NCBI GenBank assembly: GCA_030390025.1
Contig: JASTWF010000048.1
Span: forward strand, 682,001 to 746,000
From: Squalus acanthias
Lineage: Eukaryota
Reading direction: 5' to 3'
DNA: 64,000 nt
Of the stretch, positions 38,896 through 50,991 are shown in pieces (within the stretch, counting starts at the first letter, position 1; the number at the start of each line of letters is the position of its first letter). The notes below the pieces were generated by a model. That model saw only the letters and a list, made by a program, of their open reading frames with translations, searched no databases and had not been told where the DNA came from. A program made the position numbers and the translations under genes.

Positions 38896-39923
38896 CCCTG
38901 AACCAGAACCAGAGGAATGCGATGGTTTCAACCGCCAGATGGTGGCGCTGTGGCCCGTCGAAACTCAGGAACACCCCGAAGGTACCCTTCCGACCGTTCA
39001 TTCATTCCCCGCAGATCGGGATGTTTCCCATTTGATCCACTAGATGCTAACTTCATGTAAACATTGTGAGAATCTGGACGTTTTTAGTTGGAGAAACCAC
39101 TTCTATTCTAACTTCCAATATTTCCATTGTAGCCGAGAATTGATCGATATTTTAAAAAAAAGTTAGCTTTCATTTTGTTTGTAACATTGCTTTCCTTTCT
39201 CTCTTTCTTGCTTCTGCCTCTCTCTCTATCCATCTCTCTTCCGCTCTTGCTCTCTTTATCTCTGCCGTGTCTCTCTGTCTGTATTTCTCTCTTTCTCTCA
39301 TTATCTCTCTGTTTCCCTCTATCTTGTCTCTCCAGCTGTTTTGTTCAGTCTGTCTCTCTCACTGACTCATTGTCTCTCTGTCGCTCTCATTTTTTCTACC
39401 TCCATTTCTGTGTGTCTCGTCTCTCTTTCGCTCATTCTCTCTCTGTGTTTCTATGTATGTTTATCGCCGTGTATGTCTTTCTGTCTCCCTCTGTCTTTCT
39501 CTCCCTTCCTGTCTCTCTGCCTCTGTCACACTCTCTCTCACATTCTCTAACTTTCTCTACCTCATTTCACAATTCGTTCTGAACCTCGATCTCTACACGG
39601 TAGCAGCGGTTTTATTACCGTCTCTAGAACCTTACATTAATTAGTTTCCTTCTAAGATCTTTCAGATCCAGATTAAGCTAGCTTTGATTTGCCGGTTTCA
39701 CTTTTTAGTTTGACGCCATTATAATTTTATCAGTTCAATAAATCCGACGTATAATTGTACTTAAACTGTTGAGTAAATATAAGAAAGAAGTTCGCACCGC
39801 AATTTGAGGAAAGTAATTTGTTACTTTCCTTTACTCTCTCTTCTGCTCCTGCCTCAGTCCCTTTCATATTCCCTGCCACCCTCTATTGTCCTCTCACGAT
39901 CGATCTGCCTTAATGTTTTTAAA

Positions 39924-40222
39924 ATGTTCGTTCCCAACGACTCTCGTCCAGAGCCCGTCGGCCACCGTCCAGGTTCCAGGGGAGGAAGCCGTGTTCTACT
40001 GCGGCATCAGGCAGGGCAATCTGAGTAACTATTGTTTGGCCTGGTACGTGCAGATTGTTGACCGCCTTGATTGGATCAGATCACTTGTACTTCCTGCATT
40101 TAACTACAGAAAAAACTACTGAAGTCTATTATGAGCCTAAAAATAACACACTCACTCTTTCCCTGAAAAACACCCTGGTCAGGAACAGCGGAATATATTA
40201 CTGTGGGGCCAGCGAGGATGCG
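39924..40222 (+). pseudogene. Degenerate V pseudogene (Ig-like type)
   Basis: TLVQSPSATVQVPGEEAVFYCGIRQGNLSNYCLAWYVQ..DWI, frameshift, then NNTLTLSLKN..SGIYYCGASEDA. No acceptor AG; heptamer remnant TACAGTG (40223-40229) abuts a LINE. Confidence 0.8.
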
Positions 40223-40229
40223 TACAGTG

Positions 40230-40810
40230 TTCTGCGCCGAGTGTCTCACCTCCTGACTCCCCAAAGCCTTTCCACCATCTACAAGGCCCAAGTAAGGATT
40301 GCGATGGAATACTCTCCACTTGTCTGGATGAGTGCAGCTGCAACAACACTGAAAAAGCTCGACACCGTTCCAGGACAAAGCAGCCTGCTTGACTGTCAGC
40401 CATTCCACCACCTTAAACATTCACTCCCTCCACTACAGTGGCTGCAGTATGTCCCATCTGCATGATGCACAGCACCAACTCGCCGAGGCTTCTTCGGCAG
40501 CACCTCCCAAACCCGCGACCTCTACCTCCTAGAAGGAGAACTGCAGCAGGCGCATATTTATACCACCACCTCCAAGTTCCCCTCCAAGTCACACAGCTTC
40601 CTGACTGAGAATTATATCGCAGATCCTTCACTTCGCTGGGTCAAGATCCTGGAACTCCCTCCCTAACAGAACTGCGCGAGTACCTTCAGCACACGGACTG
40701 CAGCGGTTCAAGAAGGGGGAACACCACCACCTTTTCAAGGGTAATTAGGGAGGGACAATAAACGCTGCCCTTGCCAGCGATGCCCACATCCCAGAAACGA
40801 ATTTTTAAAA
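40230..40810 (+). mobile_element. CR1-group LINE 3' fragment inserted at V RSS
   Basis: LRRVSHLLTPQSLSTIYKAQVR..MEYSPL.W ORF2 C-terminus; 3' tail shared with local SINEs (caccaccttttcaagggtaattaggg..aataaa). Confidence 0.7.
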
Positions 40811-42314
40811 AGTGTCATAAGAATTCAGGGGATCTACACGAAAACTCTACATAAAGTCCCATTCCCCCCAACTCCTCTGTGCTCGCCGATATACTTTGGC
40901 TCCCAGTTGAGCAACGCTTCCATTTTAAAATTCTCATCCTCGTTTTCAAATCCCTGCCACCCTATCTGTGTAATCTTCTCCAACTCTACAGCCCTCCGAG
41001 ATACCTGCACTCCTCCTACTCGGACCTCTTTTGCATCCCCGATTTCCATCTCTCCATCATTGGCCGCCGTGACTTCAGCTGGCTAAACCTTAATCTATGA
41101 AATTCTCTAATCCCTAAAACTCTCTATCTCTCTCTCCTCCTTTAAGGCACTCGTTAAATCCTACCTATTCGACCTTGATTTATGTCATCTGTTCTAATCT
41201 ATCCTTCTGTGTTTCGCTGTCAGATTTTGTCTGATAACTGTGTAGTTGGTTGGGTCAGTTGGTTTTACTACATTAACGGCGCTACATAAATGCAAATTGT
41301 TTTTGTTGTAAAGTCATCTCCGCAAGCCTCAATAGGAAAGAATAATAACCAATAAAATTACTGAGCAAGTCTGTCTACTCAATGCTGATTACTCGAGAGT
41401 TGTTCTGTGATTGATTGATAGCTATCCACACTGAAGTTTACAACCAAAATACAGAGGAGAATTCGCCTCATCAGTCCATCTGGAGTAGCATGCATTTCTC
41501 TCGGAATTAGAATCAACAAACTTATAATTTACTGCACATTCTTCCATTTTCAATCTATTTTCTTGCCTATTGCAATGCAATTGACACCGTGTACGTTCCT
41601 ACTAACTGATATATTAGTCTTAAGTATCAACACTGCAGAAAAGTGAGCGGAATATCCTGGAAATGCAGCAGTGCTTCTCCCGATCACACACCCTTTTCTC
41701 GAGGAAAGGGGTTTCGCTGTTTAATCAAAGCATCAGATTAATGCTAATTATATATCGGTTCTCATGCCAGTAATAAAATAATTTGTTGTTTTATTAATGG
41801 CGAAAGAAAGTAGAAGCAAGTCTAGACGTCTATGCACTTACAAGTAGGCTATCCATCGGGGACTACGAACTCACTACCCAATCCAGGGGAGTTCTAAGCG
41901 CAGAATACCAAAGTATTGATGAAAACAATAGAGATTTATGCACCTTGAAGACAGATGCGAAGCAGTCAGATTACTTGTCCTGAACCTATCAGTTTTGCGA
42001 TTACTGTCATGTGATCCTTAAGTTTCATATGCTACCACGCTAGTAGATGGCGATGTTGCACCACGTCTATTCCAGTCTCAATGGATATTCAATAGAAGAT
42101 GAGATAATTTAGGAAAATGCTATAAATATAAAATTTGACCAGGTAACTAGCAGTTCAAATGTAAACATGCTCTCTCCAAACTAGGCTATAATTCTTTGCA
42201 CAAATATATTGATTCTTCTTTAGTGTCAAACGCGATGCATCCTGCTTGCTTAGCTTTGTACTGTGGAACCGTAAAGTCCTAATCTAATCCTTCTGTTAGC
42301 CTCTATCACAATAC

Positions 42315-44380
42315 CTTGAGTATTGTGTGCAGTGTTGTTCGACTTATCTGAGGAAGGATGTTCTTGCCATGGAGAGTGTGCAGCGAAGATTCACCAGACT
42401 GATACCTGGGATGGCAGGAATGACGTACGAGGAGAGATTGTCTCGATTGGGCTTATACTCGCTGGAGTTTAGAAGAATCAGAGGAGATCTCATTGAAAAT
42501 TATAAAATTCTAACAGGGCTAGACAGACTGGATGCAGGAAGGATGTTCCCGATGGCGGGTGAGTCCAGAACAGGAGGCCACAGTCTAAAGATAAGGGGTA
42601 AGTCATTTAGCACAGAGATAAGGAGGTATTTCTTCACCCAGAGAGTGGAAACCTGTGGAATTCTCTACCACAGAAGGCAGTTGAGGCCAAGTCAACAGAA
42701 GGCCGTTGAGGCCAAGTCAGTAAATATACTCAAGAAGGAGTTAGATATATTTATTCAGGCTAAAGGTATCAAGGGATATGGGGAGAAGGCAGGGACAGGG
42801 TACTGAGTTTGGATGATCAGCCATGATCTCATCGAATGCCAGAGCAGGCTCGAGGGGCCAAATGGCATACTCTTGATCCTATCTTCTATGTTTCTATGTA
42901 ATTAGTAAAGCTAATAGAATGTTATCGTTCATTGCGAGGGTAATTGAATACAAAAGTAGGGAGGTTATGCTTCAGATATACAGGGCATTGGTGAGACCAC
43001 ATCTGGAGTACTGTGTACAGTATCGGTCTCCTTATTTAAGGAAGGATGTAAATGAGTTGGAAGCATTTCAGTGAAGGTTTACTAGACTAACACTTGGAAT
43101 GGACGGGTTGTCTTATGAGGAAAGGTTGAACAGGCTAGGCTTCTATCCGCTGGAGTTTAGAAGAGTAAGAGGTTACTTGATTGAAACATATAAGATCCTG
43201 AATAGTCTGGACAGGGTGGATGTGGAGAGGATGCTTCCTCTTGTGGGAGAATCTAGAACTAGGGGTCACTGTGTAAAAATAAGGGGTCGCCCACATAAGA
43301 CAGAGATGAGGAGAATTTTTTTCTCACAGAGGGTCGTGACCCTTTGGAACTCTTTTCCTCAGAGGGCGGTGGAAGCAGAGTCTTTGAATATTTTTAAGGC
43401 AGAGGTAGATAGATTCTTGTTAAGCAAGGGGGTGAAAGGTTATCGGGGGTAGGCGGGAAAATGGAGTAATCGGATCAGCCATGATCTTACTAAATGGCAG
43501 AGCAGGCTCGAGGGGCCAAGTGGCCCACCTCTGCTCCTAATTCGGATGATCGTACGTATGTTAGGATACATGCTCATATTACAAAGTTATTAATATTGAC
43601 GTCAGTATTGTGAAGCATTTTTTTACCGTTATGTTAAATGCTAAATACCTGCTAAATGATATAAATTTAAAGGGGGTGCACGGAGAGAGAGACCTGGAAG
43701 TGTTTTTGGACTAATCTTTGAAGGAGACACGACAGAACATGACACATAACCAAGCAGTTAATAAAACAGATGGTATCCTGGGCTTTACAAATAGAGTCAT
43801 ACAGTACAAAAGCCACCAAGTTATGCTAACCCCATATAAAACAATAGGTCGGACACATGTGGAGTATTATGCCCAATTCTGGGCACAACACTTTAGGAAA
43901 AACGTGAATACTTTGGAGAGGGCACAGAAGAGATTGAGAAGAATGGTTCCAGGGATACGGTTAAGTGGATAGACTGGGCACGCTGGTGTTGTTCCCCTTA
44001 GAGCAAAGAAGGCCGAGAGGAAGTTTGACAGAGGTTTTTAAAATCATCAAGAATCTTAGAAGTGTAAATAGGGAGACATTGTTTCCAATGGCTGAAGGGT
44101 AGATAACCAGAGGGCACAGATCTAAGGTGATTGGCCAAACAATCGTAGGCGACATGAGGAATATCTTTTTTACGCAACGAGTGCTTAGTATTTAGAATAC
44201 ACTGCCTGATTGGGTGGTGGATAAAGATTCAGTGGTGGCTTTCGAAAGGGAGTTGCATAAATCCTTGTAGGAGGAAACATTGCAGGGTTACGGGGAAAGC
44301 GCGGGGGAGTGCCCTTCGTGTGAATCGGCGCATACTCAATATTCCGAACGTTGTCCTCCTGCACTGTACTATTCTAATAG
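42315..44380 (+). mobile_element. Three tandem CR1 3' fragments
   Basis: Repeated QRRFTRLIPGM/YEERL/LEFRR..GDLIE motifs, with microsatellite tails ending ~42898 and ~43560. Confidence 0.85.
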
Positions 44381-45057
44381 TCTGTGATGTTATACACTCT
44401 CCTGCCCGTCCCTCTCGCGTTCAGGTTATGGCGGGAAAGGGTGGTGTATCTTCAAGGCCATCATAGTATGAGATCGGAGCGGGCTAAATGCAACAGAAAG
44501 AATGGAAGGGACAGAACGAAGGAAAGACCGATGAAAAGCAGACATAAAGAAACGTCGAATAGAAAGAAGGAAGGAAAGAAGGAAAGAAAGAAAGAAGGAA
44601 TGCAAAGTGGGCAAGAAAGAAGGCAAGACAAGTCAGTAAGAAGGAGTGATTTCATAACCCAGCCCATTTCCCTAGTATTACCAAACATAAATGTTTCAGG
44701 TCTATGCGGAAAGAGCAGGGGAGTGGGACTAATTGGACAGCTCTTTCAACGATCCTGCACAGGCACGATGGTCCGAATGGTCTCCTTCTCCGCTGTAAGA
44801 TGCTACGATTTGACGCTACGGTCTTCCACCTACGTACACAATTTGGCAGAAACAATGCTATCAAAGGAAATGCTTCTCATTTGTTCATATCTTTGTCATG
44901 GGTGGTCCAAGCAGACGATTGGCTGGTCAGTCCTCCCGCGTAATTTATCACCACCGGTGGCAGCACCGTTGAGGAGAGCAATTGTACAGCTGATATGTTG
45001 TCGCTAAGTAACGCTGCCTGTCATCCCCGGGGAAGGGCGATGTGTTTCTCAGCGAGA

Positions 45058-45103
45058 ATGTTCTTAATCTTGATCACCTTATCATTCGGACATTTAATCT
45101 GTT
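45058..45103 (+). CDS. V leader exon (for V at 45381)
   Basis: MFLILITLSFGHLIC t|gtaagt. Confidence 0.8.
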
Positions 45104-45380
45104 GTAAGTACAATGCATTGACATATGAATTGCAAACAGTAAATGAAAGAAATTGCAAGTGGAAGTAGATTCAGTAATAACTTTCAAAATGGAATTGTAT
45201 CAATACTTGAGTGCTGGGGTGTGTGGGGGTATTTGAAGGGCTGCAGGTAAGTGGGAATAACTGGAGAGCTCTTTCAAAGAGGCGGAATGGTCTGCTTCTG
45301 TGCAGTAAGATTCGACGATTTTATGCTACAATTTTCCTTCTATGATTCTAACATATTGTCTTTGTTCAAATCTAATCCAG

Positions 45381-45677
45381 GGGTTCGGGCTGCACCCACT
45401 GTGGTCCAGTCTCCAGCCGCGGGCGCTATTCTACCGGGAAAGCCGCTCACTTTCATGTGCAGTTTGGAGGGAGCGAGCATGGGAAGCTACACCATGCACT
45501 GGTACAGGCAACATGGAGAGACAATACAGTGGATTTGCAATGAGAACGGCAGGTGTGGGCCCAGTTTCGAGAATCGATTCAAAGTGCACCTCGACGCAGC
45601 AAACAACCAGTTCACTCTGCAGCTGGAAGGCTCCGAGCTGACAGACTCTGCGATCTATTACTGTGCGGCGTATTTCG
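45381..45677 (+). CDS. V segment, V exon (intact), Ig-like with short CDR2
   Basis: Acceptor tccag|. PTVVQSP..LTFMCSLEGASMGSYTMHWYRQHGETIQWICNENGRCGPSFENRFKVHLDAANNQFTLQL..DSAIYYCAAYF. Confidence 0.92.
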
Positions 45678-45716
45678 CACAGCGATACAAAACTGCCGCA
45701 GACTGATGCAAAAACC
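45678..45716 (+). other. 23-RSS
   Basis: CACAGCG, 23 bp, GCAAAAACC. Confidence 0.9.
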
Positions 45717-46004
45717 TTCTCACCTCCCACCGTGCGCTCTCGCCACCTGTGATCGAGCATCCTCTAGGCAGCTCACTGATGGAGCGAAATCATATGCATT
45801 TCTACGGCGCCTCTCACGACCTCTGGGCGACCCAAAACGCTTTACAACCATCGAAGTACGTTCTTTGTTGTGTGCTCGCCGTTGTAATGCAAGAAACTCT
45901 GCAGCCAATCTTTGCACAGGAAGCTGCCACAAACAGCAATGTGATAAAGACCAGATATCAATTTTGTGATATTAGTTGAGCGATAAATATTAGCCTGTAC
46001 TTCC

Positions 46005-46380
46005 CCTCCGGCAGTGCAGCCCATCCTCAGTACTGCCTCTCCGACATTGCAGCGCTCCCTCAGTACTGCACCTCCGACAGTCCAGCACTCCCTCAGTACT
46101 GCCCCTCCGACAGTGCGGCACTCCCTCAGTACTGCCCCTCCGACAGCGCAGCGCTCCCTCAGTACTGCCCCTCCGACAGTGCAGCGCTCCCTCAGTACTG
46201 TCCCTCCGGCAGTGCAGCGCTCCCTCAGTACTGTCCCTCCGACAGTGCAGCACTCCCTCAGTACTGTCCCTCCAACAGTACAGCGCTCCCTCAGTAAAGT
46301 CCCTCCGACACTGCAGCGCTCCCTCAGTACTGCCCCTCCGACAGTGCAGCGCTCCCTCAGTACTGCCCCTCCGACAGTGC
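46005..46380 (-). repeat. 33-bp SINE-derived minisatellite (inverted)
   Basis: Same unit as 36905-38130. Confidence 0.88.
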
Positions 46381-46439
46381 AATTTTTTTACATGCATGTT
46401 ACCAGATATCAAATGTTTTACCTATCAGAAAAGAGAGAA

Positions 46440-47020
46440 ACCAGTCAGTGTACAGATATCCACCTGAGAGTGAGGGACTGAGAGACATCATTCAGTGTAC
46501 AGCTATCTCCCTGAGGGAGAGGGACTGAGAGACAACAGTCAGTGCACAGATATCTCCCTGAGGCAGAGGGGCTAATATACCATTCACTTTAAGATATCTT
46601 CATGAGGGAGAGGGGACTGAGAGACATCAGTCAGTGTACAGATATCTCCCTGAGAGAGAGGGACTGAGAGACCCCAGTCAGTGTACAGATATCTTCATGA
46701 GGGAGAGGGGACTGAGAGACATCAGTCAGTGTACAGATATCTCCCCGAGAGAGAGGGACTGAGAGCCACCAATCAGTGTACATATATCTCCCTGAGAGAG
46801 AGAGGGGACTGAGAGACACCAGTCAGGGTACAGATATCTCCCTGAGAGAGACAGGGGACTGAGAGACACCAGTCAGTGTACAGATATCTCCCTGAGAGAG
46901 AGGGACTGAGAGACACCAGTCAGTGTACAGATATCTTCCTGAGGGAGAGGGAACTGAGAGACATCAGTCAGTGTACAGAAACCTCCCCGAGAGAGAGCGA
47001 CTGAGACACCAGTCAGTGTA
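46440..47020 (+). repeat. ~47-bp minisatellite
   Basis: Paralog of 4600-5465. Confidence 0.88.
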
Positions 47021-47826
47021 TAGAAAATGCAATGCTGTTGTTGTCTTTAACAGTTCAAAGGCTGAATTCCATTCCTGCTGTGATAAACCAGGATAATGGA
47101 TAGCCAATGTTCGGTTGACTGTGTAAAGTTCTGGTCTCCATAATAAAGAAAGGATACAGAAACACTGGAGAAGGTGCAAGAAAAATATTTCAAGCATGAT
47201 TTCAGTGAGAATTTTAACTATCGCTTTACTCAGGGAGTGGATAGGATGTGGAACTCATTCTGATAAGTAGTTACAGTACACAGTTGTGGACAACATATTA
47301 TAAAATGACATAAAGGCACTGGAGAATGTCCAAAAAAAAGAATTACTGGAATGATAGCAGAACTGCGAGGGTACAACTAACAGGAAAGACTAAACAGGCT
47401 GGGGCTTACTTTCTCTAGAAAAGAGAAGGCTGAGGGCTGACCTGATTGAGGTCTTTAAAATTATTAAAGCTTTCGATAAAGTGGAAAAAGAGAGAGAGAG
47501 TGTTTTCACTTGTGGAGAAGAACAAAACTAGAGACCAACAACATAAGATAGTCACCAAGAAATGAAATAGGGAATTCAGGAGAAACTTATTTACCCAGAG
47601 AGTGGCGAGAATGTGGAACTCGCTACCACAGGGAATGGTTGAGGCGAATAGCATTGACGCATTGAAGGGAAATCTAGATGAACACTTTAGGGAGAAATGA
47701 TCAGAAGGATATATTGATTGGGTGAGATGATTGCCAGACAAAAGCAACGGAAGCGGAAGTAGCAGCTTGGGGTAGATGCCAGGGGAGTGAATACGAGAAC
47801 AGATCATCTGCTGAACGCCTGACAGC

Positions 47827-47872
47827 ATGACCTCTACCGCTTTGGTGTGTTCACTGTTCCTGCTTCTATTAG
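47827..47872 (+). pseudogene. Leader exon of V pseudogene at 48443
   Basis: MTSTALVCSLFLLLL g|gtaagt; paralog of 6581. Confidence 0.8.
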
Positions 47873-48442
47873 GTAAGTACATTCTCTGTGGCGGAGTACT
47901 TTCAGTTGTCAACTTATTGTGGTATCTCAAATTGTGGTTTTTCCTAACGCAGTTGCTCTGCTTTAGTTTGATAGCAGTCCGTATTGTAATAAGAACAGGG
48001 AGCATCACGCCGCAGTTCCACCTCCAACTCAGGACAGACCGGAATAAAGGAAAGAAGTAACTTGCAATTCTATAGCGCCTTGCAGGAGCTCAGGATATTC
48101 CAAAGTGTTTTACAACGTTTAAAGTGTTGTCACTGTTATAATGTAGGAAACGCGGCAGCCAATTTGCGCACAGCAAGCTCACACAAATAGCAACATGATA
48201 ATGACCAGATCATTTGTTTTTCTTTAGTGATAGTGGTTGAGGGATAAATATCGGCCCAGGACAGGCCGAAGTTGATCCTGGAGTTTTCCTTGTCTGAATG
48301 GGTTGGTGCTACATCGGGCCATTTATTTACCCCAAAACCCATCGTTCAGTCAGCTTTTCTCGGATTTGATGAAACACTTGTCCCACATTTCTGATTTCAA
48401 CTTGGCCCCTCTTTTCTATCCCCTTTCATTGTTGTTCTTCAG

Positions 48443-48719
48443 CCCCAGCTAGAAGTTCCATCGTCCACCAGTGGGGGAGAAGGTTGTCCGTTGGAAAGGG
48501 TCAAGTGGTGGAAATGCACTGTTACCAGAACGACACCAGCAGTACAGCGGGGAAGGGTTGCAGCTCGTAGCGACCTCGGTATCCGGCAGCGAGCCAACAC
48601 ACGAGGATGGATTCAAAGAAAGATTTGAAGTAAACAGACCCGATCGTAAGTCCTGCAGCCTGAAAATACTGAGCGTCGAGTCGACTGACACGGCGGCCTA
48701 TTACTGCGCTACTGCACAG
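48443..48719 (+). pseudogene. TRBV: TCR beta-like V pseudogene (paralog of V at 7202)
   Basis: Near-identical to 7202-7503, but a 25-nt deletion removes the conserved Trp and shifts frame. RSS CACAGCG-23-TCCAAAACT at 48720-48758. Confidence 0.92.
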
Positions 48720-50380
48720 CACAGCGATTCAAACAAGCGCAGAGCCGGTTCCAAAACTGAATGTAACACCGAACATAAAGATGCCGGGACTCCCAGACCT
48801 ATTGACGCTCGCTTAACGCGCACGACATTGCTCTGTCCGCTATGATAATGTTCATTTGTGTCAAACCAGTTAATTCCTTCCTGAAAACAGACGATAGGAT
48901 ATCATTATACTTGGGGTTACGAGTTTGTCTTTACCAAAGCGGCTGTCATTTCATTTCAATCATCTTCTATCAGGCACCAATAGGGGGAGCTCTGGTATAA
49001 CAAGAGGAAGCCTGCATTGAAACTTGCAGACTCACAGCAATAGAGGAACAGGAGTAGACCAGTTAGCCCCTCGAGCCTGTTACATAGCAATAGGAGTAGA
49101 ACAGCTAGCCCCTCGAGCCTGTTACATAGGAATAGTAGACCAGTTAGCCCCTCGAGCCTGTTCCGCTATTCAATTCGATCATGGCTGATCTGTATCTTAC
49201 TGCACCTCCTCGCCTTTGTTTCAGAGACCTTTATAACTTTGCCGAACAAAAATCTATTAATATCATTTTTGACATTTTCAATTGACCCCCAGCCTCAACA
49301 GCTGCTTGGGGGAGACCGTTTCAGATTTCCACCACCTTTTGTCTGAATAAGTGCTTCCTGACATCATCCCTGGATAGCCGAGCTCTAAGTTTAAGACTAT
49401 TTTCCATTTTTCTGGACTTTCCCGTCGGAGGAAATAATTTCTCTCTATCTGCGCATTCAAATCCTGTTTATCAAACATAAAAACCCCAAGTTTTTATGCG
49501 AAAGTTAGTTGAAGGTGCAAGGGCTATAGTGCAGAACAGCGCTAGTATCAAAAATATGAGAAAGTGTGAGCTAAATTAACATTATTTCTCTTTTTAATCA
49601 TTCTCGGGATATGGACGTCGCTGGCAAAATTTATTGCCCATCCCTAGTTGCCCCTTGAGAAGGTGGTGGTGGGCCTTCTTTTGAACTCCTGCAATCCCGT
49701 GTGGTGAAGGTGCCCTCAAAGCGCTGTTCGGCAGGTTGTTCCAAGATTTTAACCCAGCTTCTCTGAAGGAAAGGCCGGTTTATGTCCAAATTGGGATGGA
49801 GTGTGTGTGACCTGGAGGGGGACTTGGAGTTGATGGTGTTTCCATGGGACCTGCTGTCGTGTTGTGTTATTAAAGTTTAGACACTGATTTCTAAATCTTG
49901 GCGAACCCCACAGTAGAAGTCCCACTGGAGAAAACCACTTCCATTCAGGCATAGAGATTACACCAGGGAAACGGGCCGGTCCAACGTGCCACCCCAAGTA
50001 ATTTACCCGCCACGTCAAAAAATGGTTCGCATCACATTTACTTGCCCTCTTTCTGCATCCTATAAAGAGGTGGAAGGGATCCATAGCAGGACAGACCGCT
50101 CGACCTCGACCTTCATTCACAACTATCGTCTAGCCAACTGAGCCAGTTGCCCAACTCGCCCCATCGACCACCAGTCAGACACATACAATGACAGACGGCA
50201 GGGACCGGAACTAGTTCCTTTCTCATTCTGCTTTCGACCAGGCCGTCTGAATATTATGTCATACAAGAAGTGACGGTACAGAATTGAACCCTACTTCTCG
50301 TGATGTCATTTCCGGCTGTCGGTTTTAAATTCTGCTGCCTGAAATTTGTCCAATATCGAATTCAGCCCCCAGCCTGTAAG

Positions 50381-50426
50381 ATGCAGTTACACATTCTCTT
50401 CATTACCCTCTCGCCGCTGTTTCCAT
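50381..50426 (+). CDS. TRBV: V leader exon (for V at 50992)
   Basis: MQLHILFITLSPLFP t|gtacgt; CGTGATGTCA at 50299-50308. An N-gap lies inside the intron. Confidence 0.75.
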
Positions 50427-50991
50427 GTACGTATTCTCCGTTTATACCGATACTGGCGCTAAAATATCTTTTCTGATTTCATTCACTACTAACTCTGTCA
50501 ATGGTATTCTCATGCCGTCGCATAACTTACTAACTGTTACTTAATTGCGTACTTTAACTTGATAACAGAACGGAATATGATTGTGAATAATTTTGGCTTT
50601 ATGAAATTCAATATTAAATAGTTTTATTACCTATATTTTCGAAACTCGAATAAATAATTGTCTTTTTAACGGTAAATTGCCCCTAATTCTTTGTCAATTT
50701 GCCTGTCTGAAATCGCTCGGCANNNNNNNNNNNNNNNNNNNNNNNNNNNNNNNNNNNNNNNNNNNNNNNNNNNNNNNNNNNNNNNNNNNNNNNNNNNNNN
50801 NNNNNNNNNNNNNNNNNNNNNNNNNNNNNNNNNNNNNNNNNNNNNNNNNNNNNNNNNNNNNNNNNNNNNNNNNNNNNNNNNNNNNNNNNNNNNNNNNNNN
50901 NNNNNNNNNNNNNNNNNNNNNNNNNNNNNNNCTATTTATCGCATGTTACATGATGCACTGAACTATGGAAACGTTCTCCTTATTTTTTAAG

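Noticed and set aside
39175-39582. Hydrophobic Leu/Ser-rich ORFs (also 9887-10337, 21539-21832, 60302-60649)
   Set aside because: CT/GA-rich low-complexity sequence, not membrane proteins.
41320-42310. About 1 kb of apparently unique AT-rich sequence
   Set aside because: No ORF, V, D or J motif recognised; only one weak CTCF-like match near 42039, so no call can be supported.
45381-45716. NARTCR cassette or IgH cluster interpretation
   Set aside because: No D or J segments, 12-RSS or leaderless supporting V follow; CDR2 is shortened but not deleted as in VNAR; no Ig octamer seen near the leader.
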